Shown here in pieces: positions 12,680-29,195 of a stretch of 64,000 nucleotides of DNA. The stretch's first letter is position 1. Each line of letters begins with the position of its first letter. The notes beneath the pieces were generated by a model. That model searched no databases, was not told the origin of the DNA, and saw only the letters and a list, made by a program, of their open reading frames with translations. This DNA is from Paramecium tetraurelia (Eukaryota), in NCBI GenBank assembly GCA_000165425.1, contig CT868017.1:124001-188000 (forward strand). The letters run 5' to 3'. Made by a program: the position numbers and the translations under genes.

Positions 12680-13846
12680 ATGTCTAATTCCCCTTTAACA
12701 AAAGTACCAACTTCTGCGCTGTCTCCCGTGTCGGCTTTGGCATTTAGAAAGCCAGATCAAGTTCCTCAGGCACTCTCCAAGTAAGCCATAGACTTGCAGA
12801 ATACCTTGAATAAACTCAAGGAGGCAAAATAAAAGAAACTACAACTTTCAAATTCCAATATTGTGGTGTAATCCATAAGTAAGTCTTGATATGAACTCCA
12901 GCCAATCCAGTCAGCAGTCCTCAAAAAGTTAAAGACTCTGAAGAATCGGAACCTATGCAAATTTAATACAAATCCTTATTTAAGGATATCGAATCCCCAT
13001 TGATGAGTCAACCAAAAACCTACAACAAAATGAATGATTAGGAGGCCGAATAGAAGTACGAGCAGAGAAAAAAATAAATAAAAGAATAAATAGACAGAAC
13101 CAAGTCGAACAGCAAAATAATATAGAAACCAAAATAAAAGCAAAAGAAGACTGTTGAGAACTAAATTCAAAAAATAGATCTCTCCAAAAATTCCAATTAA
13201 AAATAGAAACAGGAATCTGTTCCTGAAGTTAAAACCATTGCACCCCAAAAACCTAAAGAAGTTTTGCATGATCAATTGAAAGTTATGCAAAATAAACTCA
13301 AGTAAGACATAGCCAAACTTGATAAGCAAATCAAAGGGGAAAACTAGACTTGTCTGTTCGAAATTAAGAATAAAGGACATGATTTATATTAATAAGGGTT
13401 GTAAATGGAAGATAGGAAGTACCTACATTTATAACTATTTAAGATAATTCAAATAAAAGATTCACGAGAGAGAAAAAAAACAAAAGGAGATGTAAGAGTG
13501 CACATTCAAACCATAAATCAGTCAACCCAAGACTTTAAACAATCAATCGCGATAAGTGTAGTCAAGAATACAGTAAAATGAATCTAAACTATAACTCAAA
13601 TGTTAGAGTCACAGGGATGGCTAGGTAACTTCCAAAAGATTATCCTGTTCTCCTTCTTAAGATCAAATTAATAGTACAACAATGACCTAAACAATGAATA
13701 ATACGAATGACATCCACTGTAATTTGAATATTCAATATTTTAGCTTACTTAAATAGAATTCAAGATAAATATTAACAAATAGTGAATAGAGCAAATGCTT
13801 TAAAAATTAAAGGACTTTGACTATAATATATATATAAATAAAATGA
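12680..13846 (+). CDS. Hypothetical coiled-coil protein with an ECTFKP motif
   Basis: Code-6 frame with two tiny introns; EMQECTFKPQIS; 3' end approximate. Confidence 0.55.
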
Positions 13847-13980
13847 ATCAATAAATTGATCTCATTTATTATTCTATTACATTACCTATTTTAGAACATT
13901 TAAATAAATAAGAACAAATTACTTTTAAATGTTAAAGACTTTTATTTTCGAAATTTTCTTAAAAAGAAAATAAAAATTAT

Positions 13981-14061
13981 TGTTGATAGCGAGATTTGAA
14001 CTCGCGCGCCTTTCGGATTGGAGCTTAAACCCAACGCTTTCGACCGCTCAGCCATATCAAC
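13981..14061 (-). tRNA. trnL-UAA: tRNA-Leu (anticodon UAA)
   Basis: Minus strand: GTTGATA/TATCAAC acceptor stem, D-arm GCTGAGCGGTCGAAAGC, anticodon arm TTGGG-TT[TAA]GC-TCCAA, long variable arm, T-loop GTTCAAATC, discriminator A, downstream T-runs. Confidence 0.95.
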
Positions 14062-14091
14062 CTTGTTATATATATTTTAAGAATTAAATTA

Positions 14092-15565
14092 ATGAAAGTA
14101 AAATAACTTTGCATTAATTCATACAAGTCTCCTGTTTAATCGTAAAGCTGGGCTTCAAGTCTATTTTTGAATCTCTATAGATGTAATTCATAATAGATTT
14201 CTCGTCATCTGCATAGGCTTAAAGTCAATAAAGTAGTGAAGGGAGGCCAGAGCTTTATTTTTGGAGATGAGAAAGTTGGACTGGCAGTAGGAGTAAAGGG
14301 TTCTTGTTATAATGCTGGAGGAGATGTAGCACGGGGTGCCAGAAAATACGGGTTTGGCAGAGTTGTATTAAGCCAAAATGAATTGAGCATTAAGGAAACA
14401 TCTTAAGTGATTTCAGGATTGATACAAGCCAACTACAAGTACAAGCTATTAGGAGATGCTGCAAAAGAGAAATTGCAAAATGATGAAAACAATGATAAAT
14501 ATAGTTATATATAAGAATTGCATGTTTAAGACAATATATTTGAAGATCCTTACTTTTAGCAATTGATTCGACTTGCTCAAACTAAGTTGTATGCAAGAGA
14601 GTTGGCAAATACTAGACAAGAAGGAACACCCTAATTTTTTGTGAATGAAGTAAAAACCCTGTTCAAAGATAACCCCAATGTTGAAATTAAAATTTTAGAA
14701 GGCAAATAATTACAAGAATGCTAATTGAATCTCTTTTATGCAGTTGGATAAGGATCAATCCATCCTCCTGCATTAATCAATTTGACCTATAGGGGAAATA
14801 AGGATTCTCAGTAATTGCACGCATTAGTGGGTAAAGGCATTACGTTTGATACTGGGGGTTTACATTTAAAGTCATATGGTCATATGGAAAAAATGTATCT
14901 CGATAAATCTGGAGCCTGCAATGTACTGGCTGCTTTTAAGGGAGCTGTAGATATGACATTGAAAGTAAATGTTACTGTCACTTTGGGAATGGCTGAAAAT
15001 GCAATCTCAAATACATCCTATAAGCCATCCTCTATTCTTAAAAGTCACAAAGGATTAACAGTAGAGATCAATAATACAGATGCAGAAGGACGTCTAGTGT
15101 TAGCTGATTGTCTGAGTTGGACTCAAGCCACCTATAACCCAACATCCATCTTAGAAATCTCAACATTAACTGGTGCTTGTAAAGCAGCCTTGGGAGAAAA
15201 TACAGGAGGATTATTCAGTAACAATGATTAGTTGTCACAAGAACTTCAAGAAATAGGAAAAGAGTTGCAAGAACCTTTCTGGAGAATGCCTGTGACTGAT
15301 GAACATAGAGATATGATGAAGAGTCAATTTGCAGATTTATGTAATTCTGGATAGCCTAAGGTTTGTGGAGCCAGTAAGGCTGCAGCCTTTTTATTCAATT
15401 TTGTAGATGAAAAGGTATTGATTATCCGTAGGATAGACTCCCTTTGCTCATCTTGATATTGCAGGGCCCAAGTTTAGTAAAGCAGACAAAGGTATCCATC
15501 CTCCAGGAGCAACTGGGTTTGGCACTTAGGTTCTTTTGAAATATCTGTTGAATAAGTAGGAGTGA
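14092..15565 (+). CDS. Leucyl aminopeptidase (M17 family)
   Basis: LVGKGITFDTGGLHLK, MYLDKSGA, NTDAEGRLVLAD, TLTGAC, FAHLDIAG, GATGFG. Confidence 0.93.
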
Positions 15566-15619
15566 CATGTTAATTATTCTATAGGGTATATTGGTAATAT
15601 TTTTTATTTTTATTTATTT

Positions 15620-16224
15620 TCATTTGTTTCTATAGATTTCTTATTCAACTTGTCTTCTTTAAACTCTTTTGCCCAAATATTTTTCAAATTTCTCTTCAGT
15701 GACATCTTCAGCTTCATAACCTGCAACGTTGTGAATTATTTCTTCAATGTCATCCTCAGTCAAATTGAATCTTAATTCCTCGGATATTTTATGTAAATCT
15801 CCTTTGTCCAAAGTTCCTTTTCCATCTACGTCGATGAGTTTGAACAATTGGACTCTTCCCTTCTAATCAAATGGGTTACCCTACGCAGAATTACTTAATA
15901 AGATTACTAATTTAGCTGTCAAATCTGAGATGAATGTTTCAAAATCAACTGCATCATCATAACTAGAGGCCAAATCATCAAGAGCATGTGCAATGATTGG
16001 AAATTTGTCAGTGAGACCAAGTGTCTTGGCTGTGACAAGAATATCCCTCACATCTGCTTTCTTTGTTCTGGGTTCAGCATAAAGAATGAACATTTCATAA
16101 AATTCTGCAATGTGATCATATGTAAAGATGGGATGATTCTTAACCCATGGCTTAGCTAGCAATGCTTACTTATCTTTGAATAATTTGTCTATATACCCTT
16201 CTCTATCTATTCTCTTCTGCTCAT
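15620..16224 (-). CDS. Centrin/calmodulin-like EF-hand protein
   Basis: VDFETFI, LFKLIDVDGKGTLDKGDL, ELRFNLTEDDIEEII; two introns. Confidence 0.8.
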
Positions 16225-16607
16225 TAAAAATAATTAATAAAAGATATGTAAAATAACCCATAGCAGATTTATATTCAAAATGCCTCTTTCTTGTACTTAG
16301 TCAATGTGGTTGGAGTATAGGTCATATCCAAAACGATAGGTAACACCCTTACTAATTAAACCTGAAAGCAATAAGAGCTCTATCCAATTTTGAATGTTTT
16401 GCCTTGATAAATTATCATTCAATTATATATCCTATCTTTTCTATTCAAATATTCTAATCGCTATCCTAGTGATTAAATAATTTGTCCAGCAATTTAGAGT
16501 AATTATTTATCTGTCTAAGAATTTGTTATAATAAATATGAAACTCCTTATCTAAAACAGGATTAATCTATTAAGGTATTCTTATAATACAAATATAAACA
16601 TTATATT

Positions 16608-17185
16608 TCATTCCTATTTTACTTTTTTAACAATGAACCCGACATATTCAACTTAATATTTATTGCTTTTTTTAATCTATATTTAAAATAGAATATTTAA
16701 TTACTGCTTCATCAAATAATTGTTCAGCCTACTCTCTTTCATATTCTGGATAAATTGATAAGAATTATGAAACTAAATTCTCCTTTACTTCGTTCATTCT
16801 TACTTCTTCCAACTAATTTGATTTGATATATGAATCAATGGATTTTTTCCATCCTTTCCATTCAGTTTTTGGTGCTTCAATTTCCTTAGAATTTTCTATT
16901 TCCTTCTATTTTTAGTTGTTCTGCTCTGCCTTCTATGTATTTTACTGTTACTATTGAGGTTTTTTACCCTAAGGATATTTATGAATTTCATACATTAGCA
17001 TAAGGTCCCCAATACAATTGTTTTTCGGTCAAACAGGATACGTGCTCAACGTGATTATCACTGAACATCTTCTTGCAATCAATACAGATTAGGGAAGGAG
17101 GTTTTCTGCATTGGGTTTTGACGTGTTTGTCGACTTAGGGTTTAGTTAAAGTACGATCACAGTGATAACACATAAAAGTCACCAT
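16608..17185 (-). CDS. LYAR: LYAR-type C2HC zinc-finger nucleolar protein
   Basis: MVTFMCYHCDRTLTKPQVDKH..C..LICIDCKKMF...HVSCLTEKQLY; C-terminal WKGWKKSI. Confidence 0.8.
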
Positions 17186-17237
17186 TAATTAAATAGGGAA
17201 ATAAAATTTATAAATATAATTATCAATTGTTCTGCCA

Positions 17238-18383
17238 ATGAAAAGTTTCCGATCTGAAGAACCGATGAGTACTACTTCAAAAAATAAGGGATTCGCATTT
17301 GAAACAGGGAATTAAAGTACAACAAGAGTATATAAAAAAGTTTAATAGCATTAGAAATAGCATAAAATTCCATTTCAAATGAACTCTTTAAACACTGAAG
17401 AGTGTGACAATGATACATACAGGAGTCAAGAAGCCTTTAAAAAGTTGAAAAATCTTGAATTTCAAAATGATTTATTTATGATGGAAATGCACCATGCATA
17501 AAGAAGAAAGGAAGCCGAATCCAATCGATTGAAGTTTCAATTATCTTCAATAAAATCAGACATTGATTTTATGAAAAGCTAATTATCATCTCCAGTTGCG
17601 AAAGCAAAACCAAAGCAAAAACGATCTTAATCAATCGATAGTGAATTATCTTCTGATGGTAGTAGCAGTAGTAGTAGTGATAATAGTTATGTCAAGTGTC
17701 CAATTAAGTTTAAACAATTCGAACCTATTTAAAAAGAGTAGGTCAAGATAGATAGGTATGAAATATGTTTAATTTAGTTATGAAACGATCGAGAATAGAT
17801 TTAGAAAGTTGTTTCAAATAAGTGATGTAAATGAGAAGTTGAATTGGATGGTAAAGTAATACTTCAATTCATTCCATTCAATTTAAATGGACTTATAGAA
17901 TAATTTGCTGCCATTATTATTGGAGAATACTTTGAAATTGTTGATCGAAATAATAGAGAAACTGAACTCAATCAAATTGGATTCATTGTAATTCAAATCA
18001 TACGATCCCTTCTCGAATGGCGATAAAAATATCAAACGATTTTCGAGTGATCTAGATGTAGAAGCCATCAATTAAGAGTATCTGTCTTAAGGGAATCATA
18101 CATTAACGGATTACTGTTAAAAATTTACTGAGTAACCTTAAAAGAATTAATTTTCGACTCCACAATACAAACAACAACAACCAGAATAGTAGTAATCGGC
18201 CAGACAATTATCAAATATGATGAAATCGAAACCAGATTCGAGTTGTCAGACAAGCAACAACTAAACTCTGGACAAGAAGGTTAGTATAAGTGAAAGGAGT
18301 TAGAAGAAAACAAGTAATTGAGTCTATATCTTGTAGCTTAGAAGTGCCAGTTAATGCCTAGTTTAAAGAATCGACAAAAATGA
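17238..18383 (+). CDS. Hypothetical protein
   Basis: Long code-6 frame MKSFRSEEPMSTTS..., Ser-rich patch, tiny introns; end approximate. Confidence 0.6.
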
Positions 18384-18614
18384 GGAGTGAATTTGAATGT
18401 TTAATATTACTATAAATGTATATATAAATGAAGGAGGAAGGAAGCATATTATATAATTATATAAATAAATAAGAGAAGGAAAAAAGAAAATATTAAAAAG
18501 CCCATTTTAATACACATATCATTGCCCCATGTCTTACTTTGATGTTGAGTTTTAGTATTATTTAATAAATGAATGTTATCCAACAACAAATAAAGGTTTT
18601 CAATATATGATTCA

Positions 18615-19291
18615 TCAATATCTTTGGTGATTCTAAAAATAAATTAGAATATACCTGAAATTGTTGATAGTGACTATTATGCGAAATGTCATTGTTATTA
18701 GTATTATCTTGTTATTCAATATTTACTATTACTTGCTTTAAATTCTTTCATCACATCCTTCTGAACTTTCAAAATGAATTCGCTCATTCTCGGATTCTCC
18801 AACAGAACTTTCTCCAACAACTCCTCTCTATTTTAAAACGCCTGTTTCAAATCTATGACAATTGCCAACTTCTTAGCGCTCGTCAGACTGCCGTAAAATT
18901 CCTCCAAAGGCAAACCCATACTATATGTATTCGATGTTTTATAATTGACTTTCTCGATAGCATAAGGTACTGTAATAAAAAAACATATAATAAAGAAATC
19001 ATACATATTTTGTACGTGCTTATATTTGTATGCAATTTCACTTTCAATTCTCTCCCCTAGAATTTATACCCATTCAATGTCTCCACCGCAATATTGGCTG
19101 TAAACTCATCATAATACTCAGCCGTACATGAGAATTTCACTTCCCCCTCTCGTCTATCAATTTAAGTTACTCAAATACTTTGGTGTCCATTCTGCCAATG
19201 GTCCAATGCTTGATAGCATCTATTCTACTTCTTCATTTTTAGCCAAACTTTGAATATTGCTTACGTGAATTTGATTTCCTTTTGGTGGCAT
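18615..19291 (-). CDS. RRM protein resembling CstF-64/Rna15 (RRM plus hinge)
   Basis: IHVSNI..LSSIGPL..AEYYDEFTANIAVETLNGYKFQGRELKV, then LLENPRMSEFILKVQ resembling the CstF-64 hinge. Confidence 0.65.
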
Positions 19292-19306
19292 ATATTAAAT
19301 TAATAA

Positions 19307-21115
19307 ATGCACGATCAAGGTATGTGATTTATTGGAACTAGGTATTTCACAGCCCATACCCTCAAACCTCCCTAGGCAATCTTTCGTAAGACAGTTTCGA
19401 TAGACATATGTATTAATAAATCCCCAAATCTTAGAAAGCCCAGTTTCCCAGGACTAAAAAGAATAATTTTTCAAAGAATCCAAACTTACCGTCTCATTTT
19501 CCTCTCCGCCGAATTCTGGCCGAGATAACTGCATTCCTGACGAAGAAGTAATATCGTACTTCATCCCAGATGACAACCACTCTCAAGCCAGCTACAAATA
19601 GGTACGCTTCATTGAACCCCAAGAAAAGTAATTTGATAACATAAGTAGAGTAGAACTACTAATACTATTGGATATAAATACAGAAGGCAGAGGTCCATTC
19701 CCATCCCTGAAAAAGTTCAAGAAGATTTGATTGGAGAATCCTCTTAACTCTCTCCTTACAACAAGAGTTAAATCCGTATTAAAGAACGGTAACATATGAA
19801 TTAATCGACTAATTTATTACATGACAATGAAAATTAATTTGCCTTAAATGCCATCCAACTAGACAATAGTTTTGGTCTGAAAACAGTCTCATCAAGCTAA
19901 TTATCTGATCAAATCAACCAATTGGCAGATGAACTAGTCACTTTAGTCAAGAATTACTTAAATGATATTTCATACCATGAAAGGCATTTCACTTTTGACG
20001 AGCGAGAAAATGACAACAGAAATCGATAACAACTCTAACGAAGAGTACTTTAAGTAAAATTTACAATTATTAAATAGAAAGCTTTAGAAAACCTAAATCT
20101 TAGGTAAAATTTCTCCACTTCCTCTCCTATTTCCAAAAGATCCAATGTGCAACATAGTCTAGATGATTTCAATGTAGACTATTAAGAATTGCTATCAAAA
20201 ATTGAGGAACTAACTGATTAAAATGATTTATTGAAGGATAAATTAGAAATCCAAGATTTGAAATTGTTAGAACAATATGAAGAAGTTAAAGAACTCAGGA
20301 TATAATTTGTGGATTTGGAATTGAAAAACAAGTCTCTGTTAATTGATTTAGATTCTAAAGAGTAAGAAATCGCTACTTTAAATGAGTAGTTGTTGCAATT
20401 AAAAAAATAATTAGATGACTAAATTAAAATTGGTTAAATGCAAACGTAAAAAATCTCATCATTGGAATAACAATAGATGATTGAAAAATAATCGAATTCA
20501 TATTATTACACCTTAAAACCAAATTCTAGTAGTCTGAATAGGTCATTTAAAAAGGAGAAAAAACATACAAATTCATTTCATGAAGTCTGTTCGTCCCCCA
20601 ATGGAAAGAAAATTATGATAGTAAACAGTAGCACCAATAGTTCGCAACAATCTCCAAGGAATCTATAAATCTCAAATAGTAAAACCCTCAATTTGGATGA
20701 TACTACTTACTTTGGATCAGTTTACAACGAAAAAAGATAAGGATATGGAAATCTAAAGAAGGGAGATAAGAAATTGTATATGGGTATTAATGATATGTTA
20801 ACAAAAAGGATTCTGGAAGGACGACTCTTTCAACGGGTTTGGACATTTAAACAATGAGACTGTGGATTTTGGCATAATTGATTACAGAAACTTAGATTCA
20901 GTAGGAAATAAGTGGATTAGCTATCAAGGGGAGTTTTAGGATGGTTTATTTCATGGTTATGGAATTTGGACATTTAGTGACAATTCTAGATTCCATGGAG
21001 TGTTCTAATTAGGCAAGGCTTGTGGTAGAGGGTACTATATTAGATATCAATTAGTGCTTACTATACAAATATTAATACTATTTAGGGAATATGGAATAAA
21101 AATATTAAAATGTGA
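19307..21115 (+). CDS. Coiled-coil protein with C-terminal MORN repeats
   Basis: Heptad-rich middle; YFGSVYNEKRQGYG, SYQGEFQDGLFHGYGIWTFSDNSRFHGVFQLGKACGRG. Confidence 0.8.
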
Positions 21116-21135
21116 TAATATATATTTATATCATA

Positions 21136-23431
21136 TCATATCTTGATAAATGTGTGATAATTTTTATGACTGGTGGCTACATAACATTTCCAATCATCTT
21201 TTTTAAGTACATAACATTCTTCGCAAAAATAAAATCCAAAGCAGTTTTCACACTTATAAACACTTCCAGATTTCTCCAATTCGCAACCTTAGCACTTATA
21301 GGTTTTCTTTTGATAAATCTAAACTTCATAAATGGGTTCAAAGCGATGATCAGCTTTATGTCTTTGTCCATTCAATTCTGATTGTGTTCTAGTGAAGAAA
21401 CAATTTTAGCCTTTAATAAGTAGAATAATTAATTACATAAACTAAAATTCGTACACTATTTACAAACAAATTACACTCCTAAAATGGGTTTTTGAAAGCA
21501 TCCATTACATTTTGCATCATGACAAGGTATGCCTTCAGCAAAAGTAGGTAGTTCTATCACTTTGAAGTCATGATCTTTATGAGCAGGATCTCCAGTTATC
21601 AATAGATTATCGAAGCAAGCCTCGCAAAAATCATGATTATCACAAGTGACACATTCAAATCTAGCTCCCCAGATGGGATTCTGATCACAACCATTGCATT
21701 AGTGATATTGATGTAAGACTTCCTCGTCTGCTTTGTTAGCCAAGAAGAACATTTCTTTCTCAGTGAAGTCTCCATTACTAATTTAATAGCCTATAATTAC
21801 TGAATATTCTGATTGTAGCAATTCTAGCAAATGTCAAAATTGGCAATTTTTTTAGATTTATATCTACAAATTCCTGGTTGCAAAGAGATCCCGCAGATAT
21901 TACAACTTATCTAGACCAACCACTTCTAAAAGGTTTCTCCCAATTGATTTCCAATAGAAAACCATCCATGTCTTAGATTATGATTTCTGGCGAAGATTTC
22001 CACTTTCTTGGATCCTGGCATCATCAATTCAATGATTTCGTATAACTCGATCGGTTTCTAGGATTTATTTCTAACAGGACTAAAGATTATGTTATTCGAT
22101 ATTTTTGAGTGGTATTCCACATGTTCTCCTGGAGGACATTTATAACTAATGATGTAATTACTATTTGTATACCCAACCAGACATATTTCAAATGAGTGCA
22201 TAAAGTAATATCCTGTAGAAAGATAAACGTTATTGCCTTATGGATTCAATTTTACCCAAATAATTTGATCAACTATTTCATATCCCCACTTACTAGCCAT
22301 TTCATATGCAATATTGAGTTGAGTGTTGAGGATCCAAAGAAATAGGAATCCCTTCTTACTCAACTTCTCTATTTTAATATCCATAATCTCTTGATTGCTC
22401 ATAGTGTTGTAATCCAAAGAGAATTTGCTATTCGTGAACATAAAAGAAGAATCATTCTATTAACCACCCTTGATTCTCCAGGGAGGATCCATCAAAACAA
22501 CTAAACATTAAATTAACATAACATACCATCAAAGCCACCCACTTTCTCGACTAGGAAGTCAATGTTAAAGTATCTAATATCACAATTAATATAAGATTTA
22601 ATTTCTCCCAATTTTGATAGTATTTCTTAATTTTCAATTCCTAACAGTTTTAAATTACGTTTAGTTTCAAAATCTGTTCCATTTTCAGTCAATACTCTCA
22701 GAGGTTCGTCATCTTATTTCGGTTCTTCTTCCAGTTACTTGCCATCGCCTTCCTATCCTGTTGAGCACTCAGGTTAGGTTAGTTGTTTCAATTCAGCGGC
22801 AGTCACAGGAATATCTTACATTAAAATTGATATGGTACCTTGAAATATCTTGACATAAATGTTCTTGAATAGTTCTTTGACTAGGTTCTCTTGTTCACTA
22901 CCTTAAGACAGGATTTATTTTTGTTCATAAGATTTTTTAAAGATCTTGTTGACTCTCTTCAGAATGAGTCTGCTTTTGTATTGGACTTCGTCGGAGGAGT
23001 CTTCAAGATCTATGTGTTTGTGAGTCCTACGAAACTTTTTGGATTTCTTGTGTTTGATCTTGGGATCGAACTCGGAAGAGTTGTCGGATTCGAGAACCAA
23101 TTATTCACAGGATATTGGTAATTATTTGATTTAAGTTGGTTCTTGGTTTTGCTACACCTCTTCTCTTGGCGGGGTCTGCAATTCAGTATTCTTCTTTTTA
23201 CGAGGTTACTTATTCTGAGTGATGACTTTGGGGTGCTAAATTACAGGCATGGGTTGAAGTGCTGGGAGTAAAAAAGATCTTGTTACCTTGAGTACCGGTT
23301 TACTTTCTCTCTCTCTTATTGTACACCAGATTATCAAGATTGATCTACTTTAATCCGGTCTTTTGTTTTTGAACATTTTTTTAGGTGTCAGAGGTCAGTT
23401 TGACATCGCAACTCTTTTCTTGGTCAGTCAT
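21136..23431 (-). CDS. MT-A70 family N6-adenine methyltransferase with four C-terminal ZZ-type zinc fingers (AMT2/AMT5-like)
   Basis: [17 protein letters not shown] (22478-22489), [59 protein letters not shown] units such as [31 protein letters not shown]. Confidence 0.9.
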
Positions 23432-23498
23432 TAATTTTTAATTTTTTTATTCAATCCCCACATGGAAGCCATTATAAATATTTATAAATAAAAAATAA

Positions 23499-27812
<4,314 letters not shown>

Positions 27813-27843
27813 GAGTTTTAATAAAATATAGATACAATTTAAT

Positions 27844-29174
27844 TCATATTTCAATTTGTTTAATCACATTAAATTCCTATTCTAATTAAAGGTTTGTATC
27901 TGCTTGCGCTTCTTAAGATATCACAGTTTGGAAGAAAGGATGCTTTAATGCATCTTCAACTTTAATTCTCTATTTAGGATGCAAACAAAGTAATTTGGTT
28001 AATAAGTCTTCGGCATTATCATCAAATCCTTCCATGTTTATAATTTATTTCCATTTGATTGGTTTTGTAGCTGACACTGATGGCAATTTTAAATCATATT
28101 CTACATTATTAATTAACCTTACCGAACAAGTCACAAATCTGCCTTACCTATTCAGATCCGAATAAGCTGGCTAACTCCAAAATAAAGTTAACATAGAAGA
28201 AATTCTTTGTATTGACAGGTTTATTAATCATTCTGACATTGCTAAATAGATTATATTTCTTGGTTAAAAATTGTAAAAATATAACTCCTACTGCCCACAT
28301 ATCAACTTCATAGGATTGATCCTATTTAAACTTAATTTTATATAATACATGATAATGTAAGATACTTTCTAAAGGCATAAAGCTTTCTGTGCCGATTTTA
28401 TTTTATCCTATTTAATCGATTGTTTTTTAAATTTCGTTATATAAATTGATTTTCCTTCGTATCTCTTAAACTTCATCAGATTAAGGATTCTGTTAAATAT
28501 AGTTTACTTAATTTTTACATTCTTGGACAGATCCTTCTCTTTTTCTATCAGTTTTGCAACAAATGACCTATCAATTTCACTGAGACCGTAATCAATCAGA
28601 ATTCCCTTGCAGGTTTTAGGATTGTAAAGAAAGTTACCAGGTTTCACATCTCTATGATAGATTCCATTTTGTTTTAATATGTTTAATGCCTTCAATAATT
28701 CATATAGATATTTTCTTATTTGCATCATGTCAAAGTTTGCAAAGAATGTCTTTTAAAAATGAAATACTTACAATAAATGGCTTATAAGTAAAGTATTCTA
28801 TTACGATGTATATTTTTTGATCCTTCAAAAATAGATTCACCAGTTGTGGCATATTCTCCTTACCATACACTAATTTTAAAAATCCAATTTCTGCAAAAAT
28901 CAATTCTGGAGACACAGTCGAAAAATTAACTTTGATAGCATATTTTTTGGTTTTCTCAATTTGACCCTAATTAAGTCCCAGACTAAGTTTTATGAATTAT
29001 TTCATACGCCTTGTAAACGACTCCATAGCCACCTCTTCCCATTTCCCTTACAACCTTATAATTTTACTTAAGGTAGACATCTTCATCGATCTGCTAATCC
29101 ATATAGTAACGATCATTGGAACAAGGAGTTACCTTGATTTTTGTGGTTTACGATTTTTTATTATTTTTTTTCAT
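27844..29174 (-). CDS. Cdc7-like Ser/Thr kinase
   Basis: MGRGGYGVVYK, YAIK, HRDVKPGNFLYN, LIDYGLSE followed by an insert, GTESFMPLE, DMWAVGVIFL. Confidence 0.8.
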
Positions 29175-29195
29175 AAATTATAGATTATATATAAA

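Noticed and set aside
13981..14061. Possible Gln suppressor tRNA with UUA anticodon
   Set aside because: The 7-nt loop TT-TAA-GC centres on TAA, and the long variable arm fits tRNA-Leu.
16246..16600. Possible small gene between the centrin-like and LYAR genes
   Set aside because: No consistent frame or motif on either strand.
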